Below, one piece after another: positions 51,986-64,000 of a stretch of DNA of 64,000 nucleotides. Below the pieces are notes generated by a model. It was given only the letters and a program-made list of their open reading frames with translations. It made no database searches and was not told where the DNA came from. Positions within the stretch are counted from its first letter, which is position 1. Each line of letters starts with the position of its first letter. The DNA is from an uncultured Planctomycetaceae bacterium (GTDB lineage: Bacteria; Planctomycetota; Planctomycetia; Pirellulales; PALSA-1355), in NCBI GenBank assembly GCA_963785305.1, contig CAWAUV010000008.1:192001-256000 (forward strand), in the 5' to 3' direction. The translations under genes and the position numbers were made by a program.

Positions 51986-54923
51986 ATGCGCTCGCTCATT
52001 GTCTTGCTCTTGCTCTTGCTCGCCGCTCCGGCCCTGGCCGCCGATCCCGCGCCTCGCGCGCCTCGAGACTCCCCGTCCAAAACGGAGCCGGCGCCCAAGA
52101 CCAAGATCGAGCCGGGCAAGATCATCGTGCCGACCGACAACATGCGCCGGATTTGGGGCGAACTGGTAAGCATCGACCTCGTGAAACGCGAGGGCGTGTT
52201 TCGCAATGAGTCGAACGACCAGCTTCAAACCTTCGTCGTGATGCCCTATGCCGAGCTCTTGCACCACGCCGCGCTTGGCGACTTGCAAGATTTTCGCGTC
52301 GGCGAGCGAGCCATCTTTCGAGTTCATCCCGACGACGCCGATCGCTGGATTTGGCTCACCTATATCCAAGACGAAATGAATTTCCTCGACAACCACAAGG
52401 AATACTACTGGGTCGACCGGATCGACGCCGCCGACGGCAAGCTCGAATGCACCGACGCCAACGCCGATAAAAGTTTCGTGCGGCAGCAGGGAATCATGCT
52501 CGAGACCGATGCCGAAACTCGCTATTGGAAGGATGCCGAACCGGCCAAATTCGCCGATATCCGGGTCGGGGATCGGTTGAGAACGCAAACCCATGGCCTG
52601 GGTCAGGGTGCGCCGGCGCGAAGCCGGAGGAGAGTCGCGAATGAAAGAGTCGCACGAGGCAAGGCCTAGCCAGCCACCTCGGCCTCGAGTGATGCGTCGT
52701 GTCGGGCAACTGGCAGGGCGAAGCGTTCACAGAGGCACGGCCGGGCGGTGTATCGAGCTCCGAAAACATTCTTTTGCGGTGGCCGACCTTGTCCTGACCC
52801 CGTCGCTCGATTCATGCGGGAAGGCAACAGTGATGTCGAACGATCATGGCGAGTCCGACGTCTCCCCCACGGAGTCCGGGACCACCCGCACGGCCGGAAA
52901 CTTTTCTCGCGGAAGCCGGGAGATCCCGGGAACATCCGCTTCACCGGAAGCGAATCGGTCGGAGAAGGCGCGAGGCCACAAGTCCGACATGCACGTTCCC
53001 GGGGAGTCAGACAGTTCCATAGTACCAAAGAAGCAGGCGAACAACGACAGCGTGCCGCTGTCGGCGGAGCCCGTGGAGGGAAGGGAGCTGACCGAGGAGA
53101 ACGCCGAGCAGTCGCTACTGGACCGGACACAGCGCCGGGCTCCCAGGTCGCGCGGACTGCTGGGCGTGCGAGAAGCGGCACAACGCGACAAGAAGATGCG
53201 GTTCAACAATCTGCTGAACCATGTCACGCCCGAACTGCTGGTGGCGAGTTTCTTCGACCTGAAGAAGCAAGCCGCGCCCGGCGTCGATGGCCTGACATGG
53301 GCTCAATACGCCACCGATTTCGAAACGCGGATCGACGATCTGCACAGTCGAATCCATCGGGGAGCCTATCGAGCCAGGCCGTCCAAGCGAACTTGGATTC
53401 CCAAGCTCGACGGCAAGCCGCGGCCCCTCGGGATCGCGGCGCTGGAGGACAAGATCGTCCAGCAAGCCGTACGGACGATCCTGGAGTGCATCTACGAAGA
53501 GGACTTTCTGGGTTTCAGTTACGGCTTTCGTCCTGGACGAAGCTGTCACCGAGCCTTGGACGCGCTCTACGTGGGCATCAAGAAGCGGAAAGTGAACTGG
53601 ATTTTGGATGCGGACATCCGCGGCTTCTTCGACAACATCGACCACGCATGGTTGATGAAGTTCCTGGAGCATCGGATCGCCGACCGACGACTGCTTCGGC
53701 TGCTGAAGAAATGGCTTCGAGCCGGAGTGTCGGAAGATGGCGAATGGTCCCCGAGCACCGTGGGAACACCTCAAGGAGCGGTGATTTCGCCGCTCTATTC
53801 GAACGTGTTCTTGCACTATGTTCTGGACCTGTGGCTGGTGGCGTGGCGGAAACGCCATGCCGTGGGCGAGGTCATCATCGTGCGCTATGCGGACGATTTC
53901 GTAGTCGGATTCCGCGAGGAGTCCGACGCGCGACGCTGCCTGGCGGCGCTCCGGGAACGCTTCACCAAATTCGGTTTGGAACCGCACCCGGAGAAGACGC
54001 GGCTGATCGAGTTCGGACGCTATGCGGCCGAACGACGATCGAAGCGTGGCGATGGCCCACCGGAGACATTCGACTTCCTGGGCTTCACCCACATCAGTGG
54101 CGTGACCCGGAAGGGCGAATTCACCATTCGCCGCATCTCATCGGCCAAGAAGTTTCGTGGCAAACTGCGCGAACTGAAAGAAGCGCTGCGCGGGAAAATG
54201 CACATGGACTTGGCGCAAGTCGGGCCATGGCTATCGAGCGTTTACCGGGGATGGCTCAATTACCATGCGATTCCCGGCAACTCGGTGCGATTGCAACAAT
54301 TCCGCACGGCGCTCCAGAAACTCTGGCTCCGCATGCTGCGGCGACGCAGCCAACGCGGACGCCGGATGACCTGGCGGAAGTTCTCGCAGCTTTGCAAACG
54401 ATGGCTTCCCACCCCGAAAATCCTGCATCCTTATCCCGAAGTGCGGTTTGATCGTTTGTATCCAAGGTAGGAGCCGTATGCGGTAGTTCCGCACGTACGG
54501 ATCTGTGCGGGGGGTGGCCCGAAAGGGCCATCCCTACCGCGATGAAAGAACCGACGCTGTTGGGAGGTGTTTCTCGACGATGCCAGTCTGCTCGACTTTC
54601 AAGCCAAGCAGAAAAAAGTCCACCACGATCGCATCGCGAGCGAGGGACTGCCGGGCTATATCGACCGGGGCGACGGAAATCATGTCCGGTTGACGCTTTT
54701 TCCCGAGGGCGGCGAGCTCTTTGGCGGCCTGAAACAGGGCATGGCGGTTCGCCTGGCGCCGGCCGGCAAGGATCGGCGGCCCCTGGGCGAACCGGTCGAG
54801 GCCAGGCTCATGGAAATGGGTAAAAACGGCCGATATACGATGCTTACGCTCCAGCTCGCCGACCCGGCGCAAGCAGATCGCTTCGCGTTTGGCGGCGTGG
54901 CCCGAGCGTGGTTCGCGAAGTGA
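51986..54923 (+). CDS. secreted hypothetical protein interrupted by a group II intron (exon1 51986-52607, exon2 54544-54923; 333 aa when joined)
   Basis: AAGGA RBS and signal peptide MRSLIVLLLLLLAAPALA; the joined exons read THGLGQG|KNRRCWEVFLDDASLL in frame to TGA at 54923. Confidence 0.82.
52608..54543 (+). mobile_element. group II intron (about 1936 nt; features suggest bacterial class E)
   Basis: 5' GTGCG; domain V GAGCCGTATGCGGTAGTTCCGCACGTACGGATC; domain VI GGGGGTGGCCC-GAAA-GGGCCATCCCTACC ending in AT; EBS1 CCTGACCC (52793-52800) complementary to the exon end GGGTCAGG. Confidence 0.92.
52989..54470 (+). CDS. ltrA: group II intron reverse transcriptase/maturase, no endonuclease domain (true start may lie further downstream)
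   Basis: APGVDG, IPKLDGKPRPLGIAALEDKIVQ, SYGFRPGRS, DADIRGFFDNI, GTPQGAVISP, VRYADD, FDFLGF, RGWLNY, PKILHPYP. Confidence 0.92.
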   Translation: MHVPGESDSSIVPKKQANNDSVPLSAEPVEGRELTEENAEQSLLDRTQRRAPRSRGLLGVREAAQRDKKMRFNNLLNHVTPELLVASFFDLKKQAAPGVDGLTWAQYATDFETRIDDLHSRIHRGAYRARPSKRTWIPKLDGKPRPLGIAALEDKIVQQAVRTILECIYEEDFLGFSYGFRPGRSCHRALDALYVGIKKRKVNWILDADIRGFFDNIDHAWLMKFLEHRIADRRLLRLLKKWLRAGVSEDGEWSPSTVGTPQGAVISPLYSNVFLHYVLDLWLVAWRKRHAVGEVIIVRYADDFVVGFREESDARRCLAALRERFTKFGLEPHPEKTRLIEFGRYAAERRSKRGDGPPETFDFLGFTHISGVTRKGEFTIRRISSAKKFRGKLRELKEALRGKMHMDLAQVGPWLSSVYRGWLNYHAIPGNSVRLQQFRTALQKLWLRMLRRRSQRGRRMTWRKFSQLCKRWLPTPKILHPYPEVRFDRLYPR

Positions 54924-55260
54924 TCTCCCCGTCGGATCGTAATTGCTTTGCTCACAAGTAGATGCGACGGGCTCGCGCGGGGCGATCCGGCGGCGATTGG
55001 CCGAGGCGAAAAGATTTTTGCTAGGAGGACCTTGGCGCCGCATGAGCGAATGGTTACATTCTAGGAGCTTCACCGAGCCGCACGTCGGCCCGGTGAGCCC
55101 ACCGTGGCGAGTCCAATACGGCTCAATCCGTGGTGGTCGGGTAGTTTGAGACTAGGCGGTCCATGTAGCTGGGTGAATCACATAGTTGAGCGACTTGCTC
55201 GGCTAGAAACTTGTCGGTGATCGTAGAGAGCGGCGGCTGAAAATTTTTTCTTCAGCGTGC

Positions 55261-55288
55261 TTGACGACGATCGCGAAACTGATAAGAT
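55261..55288 (+). promoter_or_regulatory. sigma70-type rRNA promoter
   Basis: TTGACG-16 bp-TAAGAT with an upstream A/T tract (AAAATTTTTT, about 55240-55249). Confidence 0.7.
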
Positions 55289-55634
55289 CATTCGCTTCCA
55301 CCAGACGACATCATGCGGTCGTCAGCCATCGTGGCGATTGAATTGCCGCGTTGGCTCGTGAAAAACAAATTCGCTTCGCGGCATCCTTGCCGCGAGAGGT
55401 GGGCCGGCGGGCATCGCTTGTCGGCAAAGGCAGTCGTGGTCGGGTTCTTTGGTTGATTTGGTTTTTTTGTTGGTTTGGGCTGGGTGGTCGAGTGGTCGGT
55501 GGCCATGTTCACTGTCAGGCGGATAGCCGCGGCGGTGAGCTTGGCCTCCGCCCAAGCGGCGGGAAGGCCGGCTGAGGTTTGTGGCGATGAGCGACCGCTT
55601 TGGGTCGATCGCCGTGAGCTTTTGCTGGCTTTGT

Positions 55635-55647
55635 TGTTCTTTGACAA
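55635..55647 (+). promoter_or_regulatory. rrn antitermination boxA
   Basis: TGTTCTTTGACAA in the leader upstream of 23S. Confidence 0.7.
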
Positions 55648-56092
55648 TTTGGTTGTTGCAAGAGTGGCATCTTGTAGATGAAAGAGCAAGACGGCGGCCG
55701 CGCCTCTTGGGGCTTGGTTTGTGTTTGGGTTGCTTTGGCAGCTCGAGCGTGGACTGGGTTCCGGGAAAACACGGCCGCTTGATTGTTCTCCAAGGCTCTT
55801 AGCAGCGAAATCGACATCGGTCGGGACTATGGCTCCGCTCGAGGACGAAAGTCCGGGAGTGGAGAACCCGCCGGATGGACGTGTCTTTCTTTTTGAAAGG
55901 CGTTGTCCGTTGGTCGAAATCGCATACTAGTTAATAACGTTACTCGATCTTGCATGGCGAATGCCATGTGGGATTGTAGTGGGGGCCATGTTGTTGAGTT
56001 CTGTTGGGTGTTGTTCTTGGGGCTGGTTTCGGCGGGTGAGAGTCCGTTGAAATGGGTCGCGAGAATGGCAACCGAGAGGATTTGATTTATGT

Positions 56093-59015
<2,923 letters not shown>

Positions 59016-59197
59016 ACATATATCAAACGCTCTTGGTTCCCCCCGGAGAATTCAACCCGGGCCCCCAAGCAAACGCGTTGTTAACTATGTTGACCTCGCT
59101 AAGACGCTCTCGATGTTCCATAAAACGTCGGGAATGCCACTCAACGCAACAACCAGCAATCGAGGCTGCCGGGCCGCATACGCCCGGCGGTCTCCTT

Positions 59198-59304
59198 TCC
59201 GGTGACCATATCTGAAAGGTCACACCCGTTCCCATTCCGAACACGGTAGTTAAGCTTTCAGAGCCGATGGTAGTGCCAAAAGCGCGAGAGTAGGTATCGC
59301 CGGA
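59198..59304 (+). rRNA. rrf: 5S rRNA (short form, about 107 nt)
   Basis: TCCGGTGACCATA...CACCCGTTCCCATTCCGAACACGG...GCCGATGGTAGT...GAGAGTAGGTATCGCCGGA. Confidence 0.96.
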
Positions 59305-59316
59305 TTTTTTCAACCC

Positions 59317-59362
59317 AAAGCCCCGAGAGGTTCTTTATGACCTCTCGGGGCTTTGTTTTTTT
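59317..59362 (+). terminator. intrinsic terminator of the 23S-5S operon
   Basis: AAAGCCCCGAGAGGT...ACCTCTCGGGGCTTT hairpin followed by GTTTTTTT. Confidence 0.85.
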
Positions 59363-59423
59363 GGCTCTTCCGGTTTTGAGTGCAAGCGGCGGCTAGACCT
59401 AGTGCGCTGGGCGGATCACGGAA

Positions 59424-59491
59424 GCCCTCGCTGACGCTTCAGGTTATGACGGAAATGCTATCCGCTCACAACCGGAAGCGTCAGCGAGGGC
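59424..59491. repeat. REP-like inverted pair (family A)
   Basis: GCCCTCGCTGACGCTTC(A)GGTT ... AACC(G)GAAGCGTCAGCGAGGGC, about 22-bp arms. Confidence 0.75.
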
Positions 59492-59572
59492 ATGCTGCCC
59501 ATGTCCTGCCCCTCCCGGAACTGGAAAGTTTGGCCGTTGGGATTAGCATAAATCCCGAGGGAGGACGTTTCC

Positions 59573-59899
59573 ATGAGCGAATTGCGAACACGGCGGCATT
59601 TTTCCGCCGAGCAGAAGGCCCAGGTCGTGCGGCGGCATTTGAGCGGCAAAACGCCGGTGTCGGATTTGGCCGATGAATTCAAGGTTCAGCCCAGCCTGAT
59701 CCATCTCTGGGTCAAGCAGGTGCTCGATCAGGCCGAGAAGGCGGTCGGGCGGTGGGCGGGCGGGCGGCCGCCGCGGCTGGAAGCGGCCAAGGACCAGAAG
59801 ATCGCCCAGCTCGAATCGAAGCTGGTCACCAAGAACGAAGTCATCGCCGAACTGATGGAGGAGAATGTCCGCGCAAAAAAAGAGCTTGGGGAACTCTGA
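59573..59899 (+). CDS. IS3-family transposase OrfA (HTH)
   Basis: RRHFSAEQKAQVV...VSDLADEFKVQPSLIHLW; GGAGG RBS. Confidence 0.88.
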   Translation: MSELRTRRHFSAEQKAQVVRRHLSGKTPVSDLADEFKVQPSLIHLWVKQVLDQAEKAVGRWAGGRPPRLEAAKDQKIAQLESKLVTKNEVIAELMEENVRAKKELGEL

Positions 59900-60914
59900 A
59901 GGGAGTTTGGGTTCCCCACGACACGCGCGACGCCATCGTCGATTACATCGGGCGTTGGACCGAGCGTGCCGAGCTGCCGGCCCAGCGGCTGCTGGGCTGG
60001 CTGGAATTGGCGCCGAGCAAGTTCCACCAGTGGAAGGACCGCTACGGCAAGGCCAACGAGCACAACGGCAAGGTCCCGCGCGACTGGTGGCCCGGGGAAT
60101 CGAGAACTCGAGGACTGGGAGAAGCAAGCCATCCTCGCCTACCACGACAGCCATCCGCTGAACGGCTACCGCCGCTTGGCGTTCATGATGCTCGACTCTC
60201 GACGTGGTGGCGGTCAGTCCCAGCAGCGTGTATCGGGTATTGAAACAAGGCGGACGGCTCGACCAACGCAAGTTCTCGCCGTCCAAGAAAGGAACCGGTT
60301 TCGTGCAGCCGCCGCGGCCGCACGACCACTGGCATGTCGATATTTCGTACATCAATCTGGCCGGCACGTTCTACTTTCTCTGCACGATTCTGGACGGCTA
60401 CAGCCGCTACATCGTGCATTGGGAGCTGCGCGAGAGCATGAAGGAGTTCGAAGTGGAAACGGTGATTCAACGCGCGCGAGAAAAGTTTCCGGACGAAAAG
60501 CCGCGGATCATCAGCGACAACGGCCCGCAGTTTATCGCCCGCGATTTCAAGGAGTGCATTCGCCTGGCCGGCATGACGCATGTGCGAACGAGTCCGTTTT
60601 ATCCGCAAAGCAACGGCAAGTTGGAACGCTGGCACAAGAGCCTGAAGGTCGAGTGCATTCGTCCGGCCTGCCCCGAGGATGTCGAAGAGGCGCGAGGGCG
60701 GATCACGAAGTTCGTGGAGCACTACAACCACGAGCGCTTGCACAGCGCGATCGGCTACGTCACGCCGAGCGACAAGTTGAACGGTATCGAGCAGCGGATA
60801 TTCGACGAGCGTGACGCGAAGCTGGAAGCGGCCCGCGAGCGACGACGCGCGGCGCAGTGCCGCCGCCAACGCCGCGCCCAAGGTTGCCTGAAACGATCGG
60901 CGGCGCTAAATTGA
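59896..60914 (+). CDS. IS3-family transposase OrfB (DDE integrase core); disrupted by small insertions
   Basis: WHVDISY, ILDGYSRYIV, ISDNGPQF, PQSNGKLERWHKSLK, YNHERLHSAIGYVTP. Confidence 0.85.
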
Positions 60915-61156
60915 TGATTGAACTGGGCGGAGGATAGGGCTCTGCCGAGGGGCAACCCGAGCGCAGACCCAGCGGCCAAGACCGAAGAGAGGGCGGCGAC
61001 CGGCAATCGTCGGCGCCGTCCGCTCGCCAATCCTTCGGGATTGGCGCGAATGCGTTAAACCTTCGCGGCACGATGCCGCGAAATGCCCGGCAGGACGCCT
61101 TTACTCATTCGCTAACCCAAATGCCCGATCATTCCAGTTCACGGTGAACCAAGACA

Positions 61157-61377
61157 CTGCCGAACAAATTCGTGCGCTCCGCACTCCGACGAAAGATATC
61201 GCGTTTAAACCTGCTGGAAGGCATGGGCGTGAGTTTTCGACGACGGCGCATAAGCAGATTTTCGAATTGATAGATGAATCGCGCGATTTTTCGGCATTTG
61301 TTAAAAAACTTCGATCGTGGTGCGATCAGCATCTTGTCGGTGGCGCAGCTTCGTTGCCGGACGGATTGAGGCCGTAA
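61157..61377 (+). pseudogene. C-terminal remnant of a polymorphic-toxin-type domain, truncated by IS3
   Basis: TAEQIRALRTPTKDIAFKPAGRHGREFSTTAHKQIFELIDES...ASLPDGLRP*; begins at the IS end, has lower GC and is followed by an immunity-like gene. Confidence 0.6.
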
Positions 61378-61396
61378 TCTTCCGCGGAGGTTTGAA

Positions 61397-61783
61397 ATGA
61401 GCTCGGAGCAACAACGCGTGTCGATATGAGTTGGGAATGCGGACTCATACGAAACACTTGAACCATATGTCGCGCTGGTCTACGATTCGGACGGCGATAC
61501 GATTCCACGCGGATTCACCGCCGCATATGGAATCAACTGGTTCGACGAAGACTTTCTCGAGGTATCGGTCCGTTCTTTTCACGCGAATTCCTTGCGGAGT
61601 TTGCTCTGCGCACATTCTTGCGCCGGCGAAATCGCCACGGCTGCAGAACGCCGCGGGTGTAGCGCCTTACCTTTTGCATGCAATGCGCTCGTGCTGATTT
61701 ACAATTTTGAATATGACGGCGGAGTGAAAGATGCGAATGCCGCGGGCGTAATGCTCCATTTTGTCGGCGTTCTGTCATATTAA
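61397..61783 (+). pseudogene. immunity protein 22-like (Imm22/DUF4284) gene with an in-frame TGA at codon 11
   Basis: GGAGG RBS; MSSEQQRVSI*VGNADS...YDSDGDTIP...INWFDEDFLE...NALVLIYNFEYDG...LHFVGVLSY*; TGA at 61427-61429 falls where VSIW is expected. Confidence 0.65.
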
Positions 61784-62158
61784 AGACCAATTCGGATTGC
61801 CGCCGTTCCCGTGATTGGCATCGCGGCGACGGGCAAGTGCGGGCGAGCTTGGTCGAGCCCGATCAATTGACGGCGCAGGTCGATTCCTCCGCCAACGACG
61901 CATGGCTGCGCTCGCCGAGCGATTGGACCGTTGGGGTGGTGGCTAATCGCGATGATTTGCAAGCGGTGTTTGAGTACTGCTCGCTAGCCCTTAAACAAGC
62001 GTACGCGGTTGCGTTTTGCGCCGGTTTCGCGTGGCCGGCGGTGCGCGCGGCGTGAGCGGGCGGCGCCGGCGGGCGCGCTACTCTCGGCGGCGGGTTTTTG
62101 TTTGGCATTGTCGGTTGGCTTTCCTGGTTCGGCGTGGCGGCGGACCGGAGCGTCCGAC

Positions 62159-63659
62159 CCAGGGCTTTGAAGGTGTTATTTCCGTCGTTTGCGTTGCGCT
62201 AGTATTTCGGCGGCGGCGAAGTGGGGTTTGTCGCCGGTGCGTTTGGGCGGCGGTTTGTTCTTGCCGCGTGGTTGCTTTTGGAATCGGGAGAGCCGGACCG
62301 CCTGGGCCAGGCGGACCAGCGTCTTGGCTAGTTCCGACACGCTCATCGGGCCGAAGGTCTCGCGCCAGTAGGGCTCGGGAATCGCGATCTCCATGCCACG
62401 CCACACGCCGCTGATCTCGTCGGCCACATAATACGTCGACAGATTCTTTTCAATCACTTCCGCTCCGTGGGCGGCGCGCAGCGACGCCTTCATCACACTG
62501 AGCACATTGTACATCACCACCCCGATGCAAAACCCGAACAACGCCGCGCACGGATAGCCCAACGTGTTGATCTCGCTTGCTAAACATAGTGTCAATTCAT
62601 TGAAAGCCTTTTCGATCGTCCAACGCTGACGATAGACGTGGGCGATCGTGAGCGCGCCGACCGTTTCGGGAAGATTCGTGAGAATGTGGATTTCCCAATC
62701 GCCGTCCTCGTTGGGCCGATCGAGCTTCACCGTCACGCGCCGCGCGGCCATCGGCGGACCGCAATCGCGCTCGATATGCACCTTTTGCTCGAAGATTTCG
62801 CCCGATTCGCAGCGTCCGACCGGGCGGCTCGGCTCGAGCGGCTCGCAGCGCACGTTCGACGCGTGCTGGCGAATGATGAAATGCGAGTCGTTCGCCGCGA
62901 TCTCGAGCAGAAACAACGATGTGCAAAAATTGCGGTCCGCCACCCAGACGTCGCCCGGCCGCAAGTCGTCGATCAATTCCAGCAGAATGCGTCGTTCTTG
63001 CGTATGACCGTTTTCGCAAGGATAAACATGCGTCATTAATTTGGTTTGCGGATCGAGCACCACCAGCGCTTGCCCGGGCAACGGGCCGCCGCGCAGCGAG
63101 CGCAGCTCCTTCAAGCGATGTTCGGTGGCCGCGAGATGATTGCCGTCGAGCACGCGCACGCGATGGCCGGGCAAGAGCGGCGGCAGTTCGCCCCGCATCT
63201 CGCGAATCAGGTCGTCGAACGTCGCCGCCGTGCGTCGCGCCAATTCGGCCGACACCTCGGGCTCCAGGTGGTTGAGTTTGTTGTAGACCGATTTGATCGA
63301 AACTTGCAGCGAGTCTTTCCGATCTTTATAGGCCGCGTTCACCGACTTCCGGGTCTTGGCGACGACCATCGTCATCACGTCCACCACCGACGAGAAGGCC
63401 AATTCGCGAACATACTGCCGCGCGGCGGTTTCCTCGAAAAGCGAGTCCAGCTTTTCGTCGGAGAGAGCCCATTCCAGCGTGCCGCGGACCATTACCGGCA
63501 AGGGGCTTTTCTGGGAAAACAGCTCGAACATCGTCTCGACAATCATCACGGCGCCTCGCACAATAAGTGTAAGTTGTTGCGCGGCGAACGATTATCGAAA
63601 AGAAACCCACCAAGTCAAATCAACTGCTAGCACGGAAAGTGCCAGCTTCAAAGCCCTGG
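62159..63659 (-). mobile_element. IS4-family insertion sequence
   Basis: Terminal inverted repeats CCAGGGCTTTGAAG (62159) and CTTCAAAGCCCTGG (ending 63659) enclose one transposase ORF. Confidence 0.85.
62176..63546 (-). CDS. IS4-family DDE transposase
   Basis: RVLDGNHL, VWVADRNF, ILTNLP, YRQRWTIEKAF (YREK signature). Confidence 0.9.
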   Translation of the reverse strand: MIVETMFELFSQKSPLPVMVRGTLEWALSDEKLDSLFEETAARQYVRELAFSSVVDVMTMVVAKTRKSVNAAYKDRKDSLQVSIKSVYNKLNHLEPEVSAELARRTAATFDDLIREMRGELPPLLPGHRVRVLDGNHLAATEHRLKELRSLRGGPLPGQALVVLDPQTKLMTHVYPCENGHTQERRILLELIDDLRPGDVWVADRNFCTSLFLLEIAANDSHFIIRQHASNVRCEPLEPSRPVGRCESGEIFEQKVHIERDCGPPMAARRVTVKLDRPNEDGDWEIHILTNLPETVGALTIAHVYRQRWTIEKAFNELTLCLASEINTLGYPCAALFGFCIGVVMYNVLSVMKASLRAAHGAEVIEKNLSTYYVADEISGVWRGMEIAIPEPYWRETFGPMSVSELAKTLVRLAQAVRLSRFQKQPRGKNKPPPKRTGDKPHFAAAEILAQRKRRK

Positions 63660-63690
63660 TACAACGCCGAGTGGCAAGGAGGGCTGAGGC

Positions 63691-63978
63691 GAAGCATCGA
63701 ACGTATCAATCGGCCATGTAACGTTCGGAAAAAATGCCGAAACGAAGATCAGGAAACACATTAATCAAGTCTGAAATCGCGGCCGCCACCGAGAAGCGAT
63801 CCCGAAAGCCGACAAGGGAGGCATCGAGCGCGTCAAAGAAATTATTCGTGATCGCGTGGCGAAGGACGACGGCCGCGCAACTACGTATTCCGGTAACCCC
63901 GCTGTTGCGTTCAAAGACGGTGGCGTTACATATATTACACGTCCGAATGGCGAGTTCTGGACAATCTTAGGAAATTAA
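63691..63978 (+). pseudogene. possible second toxin C-terminal remnant, followed by an ATG at 63981 (putative immunity gene running out of the window)
   Basis: Frame 1 reads TFGKNAETKIRKHINQV*NRGRHREAIPKADKGGIERVKEII...AVAFKDGGVTYITRPNGEFWTILGN*; internal TGA at 63772-63774. Confidence 0.45.
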
Positions 63979-64000
63979 GAATGATGAGCGATTCACAACA

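Larger units (their letters stand above)
59502..61156 (+). mobile_element. IS3-family insertion sequence
   Basis: Ends TG...CA with imperfect 27-bp inverted repeats (TGTCCTGCCCCTCCCGGAACTGGAAAG versus TGTCTTGGTTCACCGTGAACTGGAATG); orfA/orfB overlap with an A7G slippery site at 59875-59882; no target duplication seen. Confidence 0.88.

Noticed and set aside
52593..54470. RT as a retron, DGR or CRISPR-associated RT, or as a 625-aa protein
   Set aside because: Domain V/VI, the GTGCG start and the EBS1/IBS1 match identify a group II intron; the N-terminal extension is ribozyme sequence that happens to be open
55290..56090. tRNA genes or protein ORFs in the rRNA leader, and ORFs inside 23S
   Set aside because: No cloverleaf or T-loop signature was found; the ORFs are spurious translations of structural RNA
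61790..62158. Additional gene or IS remnant between the immunity gene and IS4
   Set aside because: Short ORFs on both strands with no recognisable motif or ends; cannot be assigned
61427..63774. In-frame TGA codons as an alternative genetic code or selenocysteine
   Set aside because: TGA terminates many normal genes here (floA, wza, pstS). The cases are confined to a decaying IS-rich island and fit single TGG/CGA-to-TGA mutations

Overview
High-GC window from a planctomycete-like genome (inferred from the PVC-type CxxCH and DUF1598-like genes, the short 5S and the unlinked 23S-5S). About a dozen unrelated genes carry frameshifts, which points to long-read indel errors rather than true pseudogenes. 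Core content, in order: a GGT-like C-terminus lacking the catalytic Thr; a PVC-type heme c dehydrogenase; pstSCAB-phoU; mnmA; two MscS genes; floA; a DUF4396/pyruvate oxidase/GH15 cluster; a PAS-GAF-REC signalling protein; a MORN-repeat protein; an exosortase/EpsI/Wzc/Wza locus; a nucleoside MFS permease; stand-alone dnaE2 with an SOS-like palindrome; and a TolC/MacA(EF-hand)/MacB exporter. Highlights: (i) a complete group II intron (52608-54543) inside a secreted-protein gene, whose excision restores a 333-aa ORF, with an 8-nt EBS1/IBS1 match; (ii) a 23S-5S operon with no 16S or tRNA but its own promoter, boxA and nested leader-trailer pairings; (iii) a decayed polymorphic toxin/immunity array cut by IS3 and IS4 elements, including an Imm22-like pseudogene and a toxin tip not shown as such in the ORF track; (iv) several dispersed REP/MITE families. 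All family assignments come from motif recognition by eye; no database searches were run.
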